19,940 nucleotides of DNA from a bacterium (GCA_046757025.1 JBHHXN010000094.1:1-19940), one strand, 5' to 3'. Shown: positions 8,794 through 17,234, counted from the first letter of the stretch. Notes: generated by a model from the sequence alone, not told the origin. Program-made: numbers and translations.

Positions 8794-10164
8794 ATGCGCA
8801 ACAGCGGTATATTAATTATCGATGACGATAAGTTAGTCTCCTGGTCTCTGTCTCGTGACCTAAAAAACGACGGTTATGATATCCAGGTTGCCGGCGACGG
8901 CAAAAGCGGCATTGCAAATGTTCACGATTTAGCACCGGACATCGTCCTGCTCGATTTGAGATTGCCGGATATCGACGGATTGGAGGTGTTGCACAAAATA
9001 AAGCAAGCGTCTCCGGATACCATCGTCATTATGATGACTGCCTATGCAACTGTGGAAACCGCGGTGCAGGCAGTCAAATTGGGTGCCGCCGATTTGATCA
9101 AAAAACCGTTTACCTATGAGGAGCTCAAACTTATCCTTAATCGCGTGATGCAAAGCTATCATTTGAGCCGCGAAGTGTCTGAAATGCGTCACCAGCTCAA
9201 AGAAAAATTCGGCATCAGTAATCTCATCGGCCAATCACCCTGCATGCAGAAATCTTTCGAGCTCATCAAAAAGATCACGCACAGCGACGCCACCACGGTA
9301 CTCATCAACGGCGAAAGCGGCACGGGCAAAGATTTGGTTGCGAAAGCCATCCATTACGACAGTCAACGCTTTCAACATCCGTATCTGACCATGAACTGCG
9401 GTTCCTTGCCGGACACGCTTGTGGAAAGCGAATTGTTCGGACATGAAAAAGGCGCTTTCACGGACGCCAAGACAGCCAAAAGAGGTCTGTTTGAACTGGC
9501 AGACAAAGGCACGGTGCTATTGGATGAAATCGGCGATGCATCTCCGTCTTTTCAGGTTAAACTGCTGCGCTTTATCGAAGAAAAATCCTTCAAAAGAATC
9601 GGCGGCACCAAAAATATCGAAGTGGATGTGCGCATCATTGCTGCCACCAATAAAGATCTGGAAAATTTAGTCAATGAGGGTACCTTTAGAGAGGATTTGT
9701 ATTATCGTCTAAAAGTCATCCCTATCTATCTCACTCCCTTGCGGGAGCGCCTGGAAGACATACCGCTACTGGTTAAATTTTTTATCGATCAGTTGAACAA
9801 AGAATTGAACAAGCAAGTGAAGGGCATTTCTCCGGAAGCGCTTAAAATCTTAAAAAATTACCACTGGCCTGGTAATGTGCGAGAAGTTCGAAACGTGCTG
9901 GAGCGGATCATGATCCTCGAAAGCGGTGACACGATCCTAGCCAGTCACCTGCCCCTGGAGCTCACCGCAAAAAAAACGCCGGTGACGGTGCCCAACAATT
10001 TACAAATTCCGCCCGGCGGCACGGATCTCAGTAACATCGAAAAATCGCTCATCGAGATAGCGTTACAGCGCACGAACGGTAACCAATCTCGCGCAGCAAA
10101 AGTTTTACACATTTCCAGACACGCCCTGCGCTACAAAATGAAAAAACATCATTTGTTGAGCTAA
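8794..10164 (+). CDS. Sigma-54-dependent response regulator, NtrC/AtoC family (REC, AAA+, Fis HTH)
   Basis: Receiver ILIIDDD...VLLDLRLP; Walker A GESGTGKD; ESELFGHEKGAFTDA; Walker B LLDEIG; FREDLYYRL; WPGNVRE; HTH GNQSRAAKVLHISRHALRYKM. Confidence 0.97.
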   Translation: MRNSGILIIDDDKLVSWSLSRDLKNDGYDIQVAGDGKSGIANVHDLAPDIVLLDLRLPDIDGLEVLHKIKQASPDTIVIMMTAYATVETAVQAVKLGAADLIKKPFTYEELKLILNRVMQSYHLSREVSEMRHQLKEKFGISNLIGQSPCMQKSFELIKKITHSDATTVLINGESGTGKDLVAKAIHYDSQRFQHPYLTMNCGSLPDTLVESELFGHEKGAFTDAKTAKRGLFELADKGTVLLDEIGDASPSFQVKLLRFIEEKSFKRIGGTKNIEVDVRIIAATNKDLENLVNEGTFREDLYYRLKVIPIYLTPLRERLEDIPLLVKFFIDQLNKELNKQVKGISPEALKILKNYHWPGNVREVRNVLERIMILESGDTILASHLPLELTAKKTPVTVPNNLQIPPGGTDLSNIEKSLIEIALQRTNGNQSRAAKVLHISRHALRYKMKKHHLLS

Positions 10165-10215
10165 GGTCTCCGTTTATGCCGTTCACCATCCGGGCTGATT
10201 TTGAAATCCGCTCAA

Positions 10216-10276
10216 CACGCCAAATAGCACAAAAGTGCGCCAAATAACACAGCGATTGCGCCAAATGGCGCAATCG
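10216..10276. promoter_or_regulatory. Three tandem activator-binding sites (UAS)
   Basis: CACGCCAAATAGCACA (10216-10231), TGCGCCAAATAACACA (10236-10251), TGCGCCAAATGGCGCA (10257-10272), spaced 20 and 21 bp. The third extends to a perfect 11-bp IR, CGATTGCGCCA-AA-TGGCGCAATCG (10253-10276). Confidence 0.7.
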
Positions 10277-10404
10277 AAACGATTTACCAAGGTCTTTTGC
10301 CAAATTAAGCGATTGTCAAAAATTCTCTGCCTTGATTTTACTTAATTTACCAGCTTCTCTGCTGGCAAATGCCGCGCATTCCCACCTCAAATATTAGTAT
10401 ATTC

Positions 10405-10420
10405 TGGCATCATCGTTGCA
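10405..10420 (+). promoter_or_regulatory. Sigma-54 (-24/-12) promoter of the rightward cytochrome operon
   Basis: TGGCAT-CATCG-TTGCA, near consensus TGGCAC-N5-TTGCW, directly downstream of a sigma-54 activator gene and the UAS array. Confidence 0.8.
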
Positions 10421-10592
10421 TTCCAAAACCGAGTCAAAATCTATTAATATCGGCATGTCGCACTAATTCTTTAATTTTTTTAAATAAAAGATTCATTCAC
10501 ACCAAAATTTGTGCAAAAAGCAGCTTATGTCTCTATTATATATTAGCTCTAAATCAAGGTTTTCATACTTAAAACTAAGTTTACGGGGGAAA

Positions 10593-11744
10593 ATGAAGTC
10601 GAAATTCCCGGTGCTAAGCGCAGTGAGAAAGTTAATCATCGTTTTTATTCTGTTGAATTTATCTGGCTGCGGCGGCACGCGCGGCGGCAATAACACAGCC
10701 AATCCCGAAGACTTTGTCTGGCCGCTCCCACCGGATCCTCCCAAAATTAAATTTGTAAAAAGCATCCATTCGGAAATGGACGTGGGTCACAAACGATCGT
10801 TTGTTCGGCGTATTTATGAAGCCGTATTTGGTCGTGCCCCTTTGCGTGCTCTAAAGAAACCATTAGTAGTGCACACTGACAAATCCGAACGAATCCTGGT
10901 GGTGGATTCAGGCTGGCGCAAAGTTCTGGTTTTTGATTTTGAAAACAACCAACTGGGTGTTTTGGGTAAAAGCGGCCGGGGGCGGTTGCTCAATCCCCTG
11001 GGCGTCACCACCGACGATAACGGGCAGATTTATGTTGCCGACGCCGGCGGGCAACGCATCATGATCTACGATTCCGAGGGCAAATTTTTGCGAGCTTTCG
11101 GCGGCAAGGGCATTTTGGAACGGCCTTCGGGGATAGCCGTCAATCTTAAATTAGGAAAAATCTATGTGGTAGATACCTGGGCACACCAGATAAAAGTATT
11201 TGATATCAACTCCGGCAACGTGTTATTCACCATTGGCAAAAAGGGTGAAAAAACCACCAACAACATCGAAGGCGCTCTGGATTACACCTGGAATCGCGGC
11301 GATGGTCCGGGGGAATTTCGTTTCCCCACCCAGATAACCATCGGTCCGGACGGCAAATTGTACATCGTCGATACACTAAATTTCCGAATTCAGATCATTA
11401 CCGCGCTGGGAGAATTTGTGAACATGTTCGGAGAAGTTGGCAACATACCGGGCACCTTTTATCGGCCCAAAGGGATCGGTTTGGACAGCGAGGGGCACAT
11501 CTATGTATCAGATGCCGCTTTCAATAACATTCAAATATTCGATACGGATGGCAATCTTCTCCTCAACTTCGGTTCGTTCGGTTCGGGTCTTGCCGATTTA
11601 AGACTACCTGCAGGAATGCACATAAATGACATGGATAAAATATTTGTGGTCGATCAATTCAACAATCGAATACAGGTCTATCAATACCTGGGTGGTGAGC
11701 CCAAAAAAGAAAAGGACCTGATAACCGAAAAAGAAAGGAGGTGA
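10593..11744 (+). CDS. NHL-repeat beta-propeller lipoprotein
   Basis: Lipobox LSG|C after a hydrophobic stretch; WPLPPDPPKIKFV segment; repeated blades (PLGVTTD..GQIYVAD, PSGIAVN..KIYVVD, FPTQITI..GKLYIVDT.NFRIQ, PKGIGLD..HIYVSD..NNIQ). ATG 10593 follows GGGGG. Confidence 0.9.
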   Translation: MKSKFPVLSAVRKLIIVFILLNLSGCGGTRGGNNTANPEDFVWPLPPDPPKIKFVKSIHSEMDVGHKRSFVRRIYEAVFGRAPLRALKKPLVVHTDKSERILVVDSGWRKVLVFDFENNQLGVLGKSGRGRLLNPLGVTTDDNGQIYVADAGGQRIMIYDSEGKFLRAFGGKGILERPSGIAVNLKLGKIYVVDTWAHQIKVFDINSGNVLFTIGKKGEKTTNNIEGALDYTWNRGDGPGEFRFPTQITIGPDGKLYIVDTLNFRIQIITALGEFVNMFGEVGNIPGTFYRPKGIGLDSEGHIYVSDAAFNNIQIFDTDGNLLLNFGSFGSGLADLRLPAGMHINDMDKIFVVDQFNNRIQVYQYLGGEPKKEKDLITEKERR

Positions 11745-11750
11745 AAAACC

Positions 11751-12458
11751 ATGAAAAAGTACTTTGTTGTTATGATTGCCTTGATGTTGTTAGTCGGCTT
11801 TGCAGGGCCAAATAGCGTATATGCTCAATTTGGAAACAAAGTAGCAGATACCCCGCACAACATGCGTGAGGCTACCGTTGACGGAATGCCACTGACGGAT
11901 TACGGCGAAATCTGTGTGTATTGTCATACTCCACACAATAACAATCAAGACATCGAAGCGCCGTTGTGGAACCGAGGCACGCCGGCCGGTCCATACAACA
12001 TGTATGACAGCCCAACGTTGGACATGGACATTGCCAGCAGCCCGACCGGTGTTTCCATGGCTTGTTTGTCGTGCCACGACAATACCATCGCGCTGGATCA
12101 GATTGTGAACATTCCTTCGAGTCAATTCGGGGCCAGTTCATCCGGAACCACAATCGAAGCTTGTGCAACCCAGTGCCATATCGGGGATAACCCGGTCGGC
12201 GGTATCAACTTTGAAGGCTCTGTTATCGACACAGACTTGAGGAATGACCACCCGATTTCGGTCACTTACGATCCCAGCAAAGATCCCAAATTCCATGCCG
12301 CATCAAATGGAAAGGTCGGAACTTTGCCGTTGTATGGTGCCCAAAAGAATCTGGTGCAGTGCGCTTCGTGCCACAATCCTCACGACAATTCGAATCGTCC
12401 GTTCTTGCGGATTTCGAACGAAAACAGCGCTCTGTGTCTGACATGCCACGATATTTAA
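11751..12458 (+). CDS. OmcE-family (nanowire-type) multiheme cytochrome c, 4 CxxCH + 1 CxxxCH
   Basis: Signal peptide, strong RBS AAGGAGGT. Motif order TPHN...ICVYCHTPH...PLWNR...SMACLSCHD...TDLRNDHPIS...LPLY...CASCHNPHDN..PFLR...SALCLTCH matches Geobacter OmcE as I recall it. Extra CATQCH at 12162-12179. Confidence 0.85.
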   Translation: MKKYFVVMIALMLLVGFAGPNSVYAQFGNKVADTPHNMREATVDGMPLTDYGEICVYCHTPHNNNQDIEAPLWNRGTPAGPYNMYDSPTLDMDIASSPTGVSMACLSCHDNTIALDQIVNIPSSQFGASSSGTTIEACATQCHIGDNPVGGINFEGSVIDTDLRNDHPISVTYDPSKDPKFHAASNGKVGTLPLYGAQKNLVQCASCHNPHDNSNRPFLRISNENSALCLTCHDI

Positions 12459-12530
12459 GCGGGCAAGTTTCTACTTAAATAACAAAGTGATAATTATTCA
12501 GGATTGACACTAAGGCTCATTAACAATTAC

Positions 12531-12559
12531 GGGGGTGAGAGCTTGCTCGCCCCCTTTTT
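12531..12559 (+). terminator. Intrinsic terminator/stabilising hairpin after the first OmcE-like gene
   Basis: GGGGGTGAG-agcttg-CTCGCCCCC (9-bp stem, one G-U) followed by TTTTT. Confidence 0.75.
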
Positions 12560-12575
12560 ATTTTCAGGGAAAAGG

Positions 12576-13556
12576 ATGTTTGAAACGTATCGACTAACTC
12601 GCAAAACCACTCAGCTTTTGCTCACTCTGGCGCTGTGCGGCACCTTGGATTCCGCTTTGGCGAACAACAAGGTGGTGGCCAAAGTCAATGGCAAGGAAAT
12701 TAATGAAGCTGCTTTGTTCCATGAAATCAACAAAAAACTGCCGCAAACTTCGTTTCACTCGCAGGTTTCACCAGAAAAATTGCAAGAATTCAGAAAAGCG
12801 GCCCTGCAAAAATTAATCGAAGATGAGCTGTTTTTTCAGGCGGCACAAAAACAAAAAATCGCCGTGGAACTGCTCGAAATCGAACAGCAGATCGCTTTCA
12901 TGAAAAAGGGGTATGCCAGCGAAAAAGCGTTTCAACAGGCGATGTCCAAAAGCGGTTACAATGCCCTGAAGTTGATGAAGCGCGTGGAACGGAGTTTAAT
13001 GATCAAAAAGATTCAACAAAAAGAAATTTTCGATCGCGTGACCATCACCGACTCCGAAATACGTGAGTACTACCAAAACAACCAGTCGAAATTTCTTCTA
13101 CCGCAGCAATTCCGCTTGCGGCATATTCTCATTTCCGTTAAACCCGGCGCCATGGCCAAAGGGTGGCAAGCCGGCCTGGAAGAGGCCCAAAAAGTGTATG
13201 AGCGCATTCAAGCCGGAGAAAATTTCGCAGAGCTGGCAGCCGAGGTTTCGGCCGATTCCAGCAGCCGCGAAGCCGGAGGAGATATCGGCTGGTTCCACAA
13301 AGGGCAGCTCATTCCGGAATTGGAGAAAGCCCTTGGTGAAATCCAGATCGGCGACGTCAGTCCACCCGTGCGCTCGATTTATGGCTTTCATCTCATAAAA
13401 TTTGAAGAAGCCAGGCTGGCGAAACAGTTGACATTTGAAGAAATCAATCAAAAAGACTTGAAACAGAAATTGTATAATAAAAAGATCGAATCGCGCAGAC
13501 AGGAATTTTTGTCTGAATTGAAATCTCAAGCCCAAATTCAGATCATGGAACCCTGA
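12576..13556 (+). CDS. Parvulin-type peptidyl-prolyl isomerase/foldase (SurA/PrsA-like)
   Basis: VVAKVNGKEI N-domain; HILI...GENFAELAAEVSAD...GGDIGW...GDVSPPVRSIYGFHLIK rotamase motifs; signal-like LLLTLALCGTLDSALA. ATG 12576 lies after the terminator. Confidence 0.92.
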   Translation: MFETYRLTRKTTQLLLTLALCGTLDSALANNKVVAKVNGKEINEAALFHEINKKLPQTSFHSQVSPEKLQEFRKAALQKLIEDELFFQAAQKQKIAVELLEIEQQIAFMKKGYASEKAFQQAMSKSGYNALKLMKRVERSLMIKKIQQKEIFDRVTITDSEIREYYQNNQSKFLLPQQFRLRHILISVKPGAMAKGWQAGLEEAQKVYERIQAGENFAELAAEVSADSSSREAGGDIGWFHKGQLIPELEKALGEIQIGDVSPPVRSIYGFHLIKFEEARLAKQLTFEEINQKDLKQKLYNKKIESRRQEFLSELKSQAQIQIMEP

Positions 13557-13607
13557 ACAGTTCATTATCGAATTTTCTAATTGCCTGCTGCCACCCTAAC
13601 AACTACC

Positions 13608-14501
13608 ATGTTTTTGAATATTTTAAAAAATCATGCATGTCACCCACTCCGGACAGCAGGAAGGATTTTCTTGATAACGTCGGTCCTTTTTGCCCTGAGC
13701 TGCAGCCGCCAGGCGCGCTTTAAAGCACTAAATTTTTTCTTCGATGGCGTACCGTCACCGGACGCGAAAAGGGCGTCAGCCCAGGCTGACACCCTTGATC
13801 AGTCGCAACGCGCCGGCGAGCTGGCCACCGATTCCACGGCCACCAATGTACCGGTTTATTCTTTTCATCCTATTCTTGAACAAAACGAATGCGCAACCTG
13901 CCACGACCAGCAACAATCCTTTCGGCTTTCTGACTTGCCCGAGGCTTTATGCCTGAACTGTCATGATCAGGCGGAGGAGGTGGTAGTACACGAACCGGTC
14001 GCTTCCGGCATGTGCACGGAATGTCACAACCCTCACGGCAGTCAAGCTCCGCATCTGCTCAAGGAAGTGGAAGAAGATTTGTGTTTTCAATGCCATGATG
14101 AGCAAGAAATTAAACCGCAAACATTCGCGACGCTGCACGCGCCGGTACAGGCAGGGTCTTGTACGGAGTGCCACAATCCACATGGCTCGGCCAATCCGCG
14201 CATGCTGATTGCCGCCCAGGAAATATTGTGCTTCGAATGCCACGCGGAAGCCGACTTCAAACCGGCAGGCGAGGATGCTTTTACGCATGCGCCGGTGGCA
14301 GAAGATCTCTGTCTGGAATGCCACAGTCCGCACTATTCGGAAAGTCCCAAATTGCTGGTAACCGTTGGACAAGCACTCTGTTTTCAATGTCACGATGAAA
14401 ACGATATCACATCGTTGGAAATGCACGACGGCATCGAGGATATGGCGTGCTATGAATGTCACGATCCCCACAAAGGAGACAACGAATTTTATTTGAAGTG
14501 A
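13608..14501 (+). CDS. Nona-heme cytochrome c with doubled-CxxCH repeats, probable lipoprotein
   Basis: 9 CxxCH (CATCH, CLNCH, CTECH, CFQCH, CTECH, CFECH, CLECH, CFQCH, CYECH); three 'H(E/A)PV...CxECHxPH.S...L......LCFxCH' units; ALS|C lipobox followed by FFFDGVP. Exact start uncertain. Confidence 0.88.
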   Translation: MFLNILKNHACHPLRTAGRIFLITSVLFALSCSRQARFKALNFFFDGVPSPDAKRASAQADTLDQSQRAGELATDSTATNVPVYSFHPILEQNECATCHDQQQSFRLSDLPEALCLNCHDQAEEVVVHEPVASGMCTECHNPHGSQAPHLLKEVEEDLCFQCHDEQEIKPQTFATLHAPVQAGSCTECHNPHGSANPRMLIAAQEILCFECHAEADFKPAGEDAFTHAPVAEDLCLECHSPHYSESPKLLVTVGQALCFQCHDENDITSLEMHDGIEDMACYECHDPHKGDNEFYLK

Positions 14502-14506
14502 GATAG

Positions 14507-16477
14507 ATGACGGCTTGCGCAATTAAAAAACGACTTTTGTTTCTGTCCATGGTGATAGGCTTTTTGTCTATCGGTACGGATCCGGTTCCTGGGCAGGAGC
14601 TGGGATTGTTCCGCCTGCGAGGCCTGGGCGGTTCCATGCGCTTTCGCATTCAAAAGGAAAGAAGGGTGGCGCCGGAAATTTCCAACGAACGCACATTGAA
14701 CGCCATACTGGTTTTGCGCAACACCGGCTTCGTCATCAATCCGGAAATTTTAAACTTCAAATGGGCTGGCGATTTGGGCCTCTTTCACGAGCAGTTTACC
14801 GCGGATAATCTGGAGCGCAACAGCAAAGGCCGCTTTTTAGGCCACAATCTCACGGCCCTGTTTTTTCAATCCAGCCCCAATTCGCTGTCGTTCTTCTGGA
14901 ACCGCAGCACCAATTTCATCAATCTCGACGAAACCGGCAGTACTTTCCACAAAATCAATAACCTGCAAGCCACTCTGGAAATGCGGGAGCTGAAGCTGCC
15001 CTCCCGTCTGATGGCACGCTCCCGTGATACAGAAGAAAATTGGGAGCGCGGCGGTTTTAAGGCCAATCAAAATCAACGGCGGCGATCTTTGCATTACGAC
15101 GGTGAAAAAGTAGAAGACGACCGAAATTTCGAGCTGACTTACGACTGGATCGATGTAAAGGATCGCATCCGCAAGTCGGCAAGCTATTACAGCCACATGG
15201 GCAACGTGCGCTATCGAAAAGCTTTCGGTGAAGAACTGGCAAACAAATGGGACAGCAATGTGCGCGTATTCAAACGCAAAGGGCTCAGAAATCTGCTAAA
15301 TATTCGCTCGCGCCAATCGCTGGAAATTCAGCACAAGCCCTCGCTGACTTCACGATACCGCCACTCTTTATCTTTTACCAACTCCGATAACGGCTCCATT
15401 TTTCAGAACACGGGTTCGGCTTCCCTTTCCCATCGACTTTATGCTAGTTTGAACACCAACGCTTCGTTAGGAGGAACTTACAGCCTGTTACAAACCGGCC
15501 GCTCCTACACCTATTCCCTGAGCGGCGGCGTCACCTACACCAAACGCATTCCCCTCTCTGGCCGGTTGCAGATTCTCTACACGCGCGGTTTTTCCATCAA
15601 CGATTTGAATCTCGACCCCACCGAACAGGTGATTGTTAACGAGCGGCATTTTTTGCTGGGATCGCTGCCGGTGCTCCTGAACGAACGCAACATCATCGTT
15701 TCCACGATTATCATTTTTAATGAAGACGGCGATTTTGTTTTTGAGGAAGGGGAAGATAAAGATTACACCCTGCGCATCATTGGCGATCGCATCGAAATTC
15801 ATCGCAATCCCTTTGGTCGAATGCTCGAAAGCAGCGTCATTTTGGTGGACTACCATTTTCAAACGCTGCCTTCCATGCGTTACTCCACCAATACGGAAAT
15901 TTTCAGCGCTGGCGTTAACTTCGGGTGGATTTCATTGAATTACCTGGTGAATCGACATGACCAGAACCTGATCTCCGGGGACGAAGAATCCCTGCCGCAT
16001 TTGCAGGATTTGTTCACCAAAGCCTTGCAATTGAGCTCCACTTTGCGCGGTGAAAGAGCCGGCATGTCGCTTTACGCAGAAAAAAAATTCTACAATTCCA
16101 CATCTATTTCTTTCGATGCCATCGATTTGCGCTACGCTTTTTTCATCATGCCGTTTAGCAGATTTACAATCACCAACAACCTGAGCTATTCCTTTCTCAG
16201 TCACAATCTGGAAAGTCTGGACATCAAATCCTACTCTCTACGCTCAGAACTGCGCTGGCGCCCATCCTATTATTTTACCTTGCATGGTTTTGGTAAGTAC
16301 GATATCCGTGAAGAAACCAGAAGAGCCATCGAAAAAAATTTCGAATACGGAGTGAGCCTGGAACGGCTGTGGCGGGTTTTCAGAGTGCAGTTCAAATTTG
16401 ATAAGCGTCGGTGGGATTTTGGCGAGCGACATTTCAATGAACGGCGCGTTATGGTCGAAGTGGAACGCATTTTTTAA
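14507..16477 (+). CDS. Predicted outer-membrane beta-barrel protein (656 aa)
   Basis: Signal peptide, long runs of alternating amphipathic strands rich in S/T/N/Y/R/G and C-terminal ...VMVEVERIF (terminal Phe, BAM-type). Starts 5 nt after the nona-heme gene. Confidence 0.72.
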   Translation: MTACAIKKRLLFLSMVIGFLSIGTDPVPGQELGLFRLRGLGGSMRFRIQKERRVAPEISNERTLNAILVLRNTGFVINPEILNFKWAGDLGLFHEQFTADNLERNSKGRFLGHNLTALFFQSSPNSLSFFWNRSTNFINLDETGSTFHKINNLQATLEMRELKLPSRLMARSRDTEENWERGGFKANQNQRRRSLHYDGEKVEDDRNFELTYDWIDVKDRIRKSASYYSHMGNVRYRKAFGEELANKWDSNVRVFKRKGLRNLLNIRSRQSLEIQHKPSLTSRYRHSLSFTNSDNGSIFQNTGSASLSHRLYASLNTNASLGGTYSLLQTGRSYTYSLSGGVTYTKRIPLSGRLQILYTRGFSINDLNLDPTEQVIVNERHFLLGSLPVLLNERNIIVSTIIIFNEDGDFVFEEGEDKDYTLRIIGDRIEIHRNPFGRMLESSVILVDYHFQTLPSMRYSTNTEIFSAGVNFGWISLNYLVNRHDQNLISGDEESLPHLQDLFTKALQLSSTLRGERAGMSLYAEKKFYNSTSISFDAIDLRYAFFIMPFSRFTITNNLSYSFLSHNLESLDIKSYSLRSELRWRPSYYFTLHGFGKYDIREETRRAIEKNFEYGVSLERLWRVFRVQFKFDKRRWDFGERHFNERRVMVEVERIF

Positions 16478-16520
16478 CTTTGATAAAAGCTTTGTATCCT
16501 ATAAAAGGAATGATCTTCTC

Positions 16521-17234
16521 ATGTCAAAATCCATTTTTTTGATTTTATCCTGTTTTTACGGGCTCATCCATTTTGCAACAATCGGCTACGCACAAAGTGG
16601 CAGCAACGTCGCGGATACGCCGCACAATCTCCGCAAAGCCACACAGGGAGCCATGGCAAAGCTGGGGCTGCCGGACTTCGGCGATGTGTGCATCTACTGC
16701 CATTTGCAGCACGACGAAAATGCCAACCGCCCGTCGCTTACCTGGAATCGACTCTTGCCGGCGACCGTTTACCAGTTGTATGACAATCCCAACTCGAACA
16801 TGGCTGTGTCAGCTACTCCGGACAGCATTTCTTTGGTTTGCCTTTCCTGTCATGACAACAGTATGCCTTTGGCAGCGGTAAAAAAGACACCCGCAGGATA
16901 TAATGGCGAAACCACGTCACATCTCACTATTAGCGCCTGTTCTAATTCTTGTCACACCCCTTCTGAGCCCAGCGGCACTCTAATTTTCAAAGGAGGAAAT
17001 CTCGGCACGGATTTGCGCAATCACCATCCCATCTCGGTTATTTACAATTCGGTTCAAAACTCAAAACTCGTTCCGGCCTCCGGGCGCAACGTGAACGGGC
17101 TGCCGCTCTATGGAAAGAATTTTTCGCAATTAGGCTGCTCAACCTGTCACGACGTTCACGACAATTCCATTCGCCCATTTCTGAGAATTTCATACGAGAA
17201 TGGCGAGCTTTGTTCAGCGTGTCATAAGATTTAA
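16521..17234 (+). CDS. Second OmcE-family multiheme cytochrome c (paralog of 11751-12458), 4 CxxCH + 1 CxxxCH
   Basis: VADTPHNLR...VCIYCHLQH...WNR...SISLVCLSCHDN...CSNSCH (16938-16955)...GTDLRNHHPISV...LPLYG...CSTCHDVHDN..PFLRIS...LCSACH. ATG 16521 gives a signal peptide and removes the overlap with the upstream gene. Confidence 0.85.
   Translation: MSKSIFLILSCFYGLIHFATIGYAQSGSNVADTPHNLRKATQGAMAKLGLPDFGDVCIYCHLQHDENANRPSLTWNRLLPATVYQLYDNPNSNMAVSATPDSISLVCLSCHDNSMPLAAVKKTPAGYNGETTSHLTISACSNSCHTPSEPSGTLIFKGGNLGTDLRNHHPISVIYNSVQNSKLVPASGRNVNGLPLYGKNFSQLGCSTCHDVHDNSIRPFLRISYENGELCSACHKI

Noticed and set aside
10216..10276. Triple repeat as a CRISPR array or terminator
   Set aside because: Spacers are only 4-5 nt, no cas genes, and the IR has a 2-nt loop with no U-tract.
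10363..10378. Second GG-N10-GC spacing (TGGCAA-ATGCC-GCGCA)
   Set aside because: Poor -12 element; 10405-10420 fits far better.
16398..16520. N-terminal ORF-track extensions (here and at 2433-2513, 10509-10592, 12504-12575)
   Set aside because: They overlap upstream genes, leaders or the terminator and hide signal peptides; downstream ATGs fit better.
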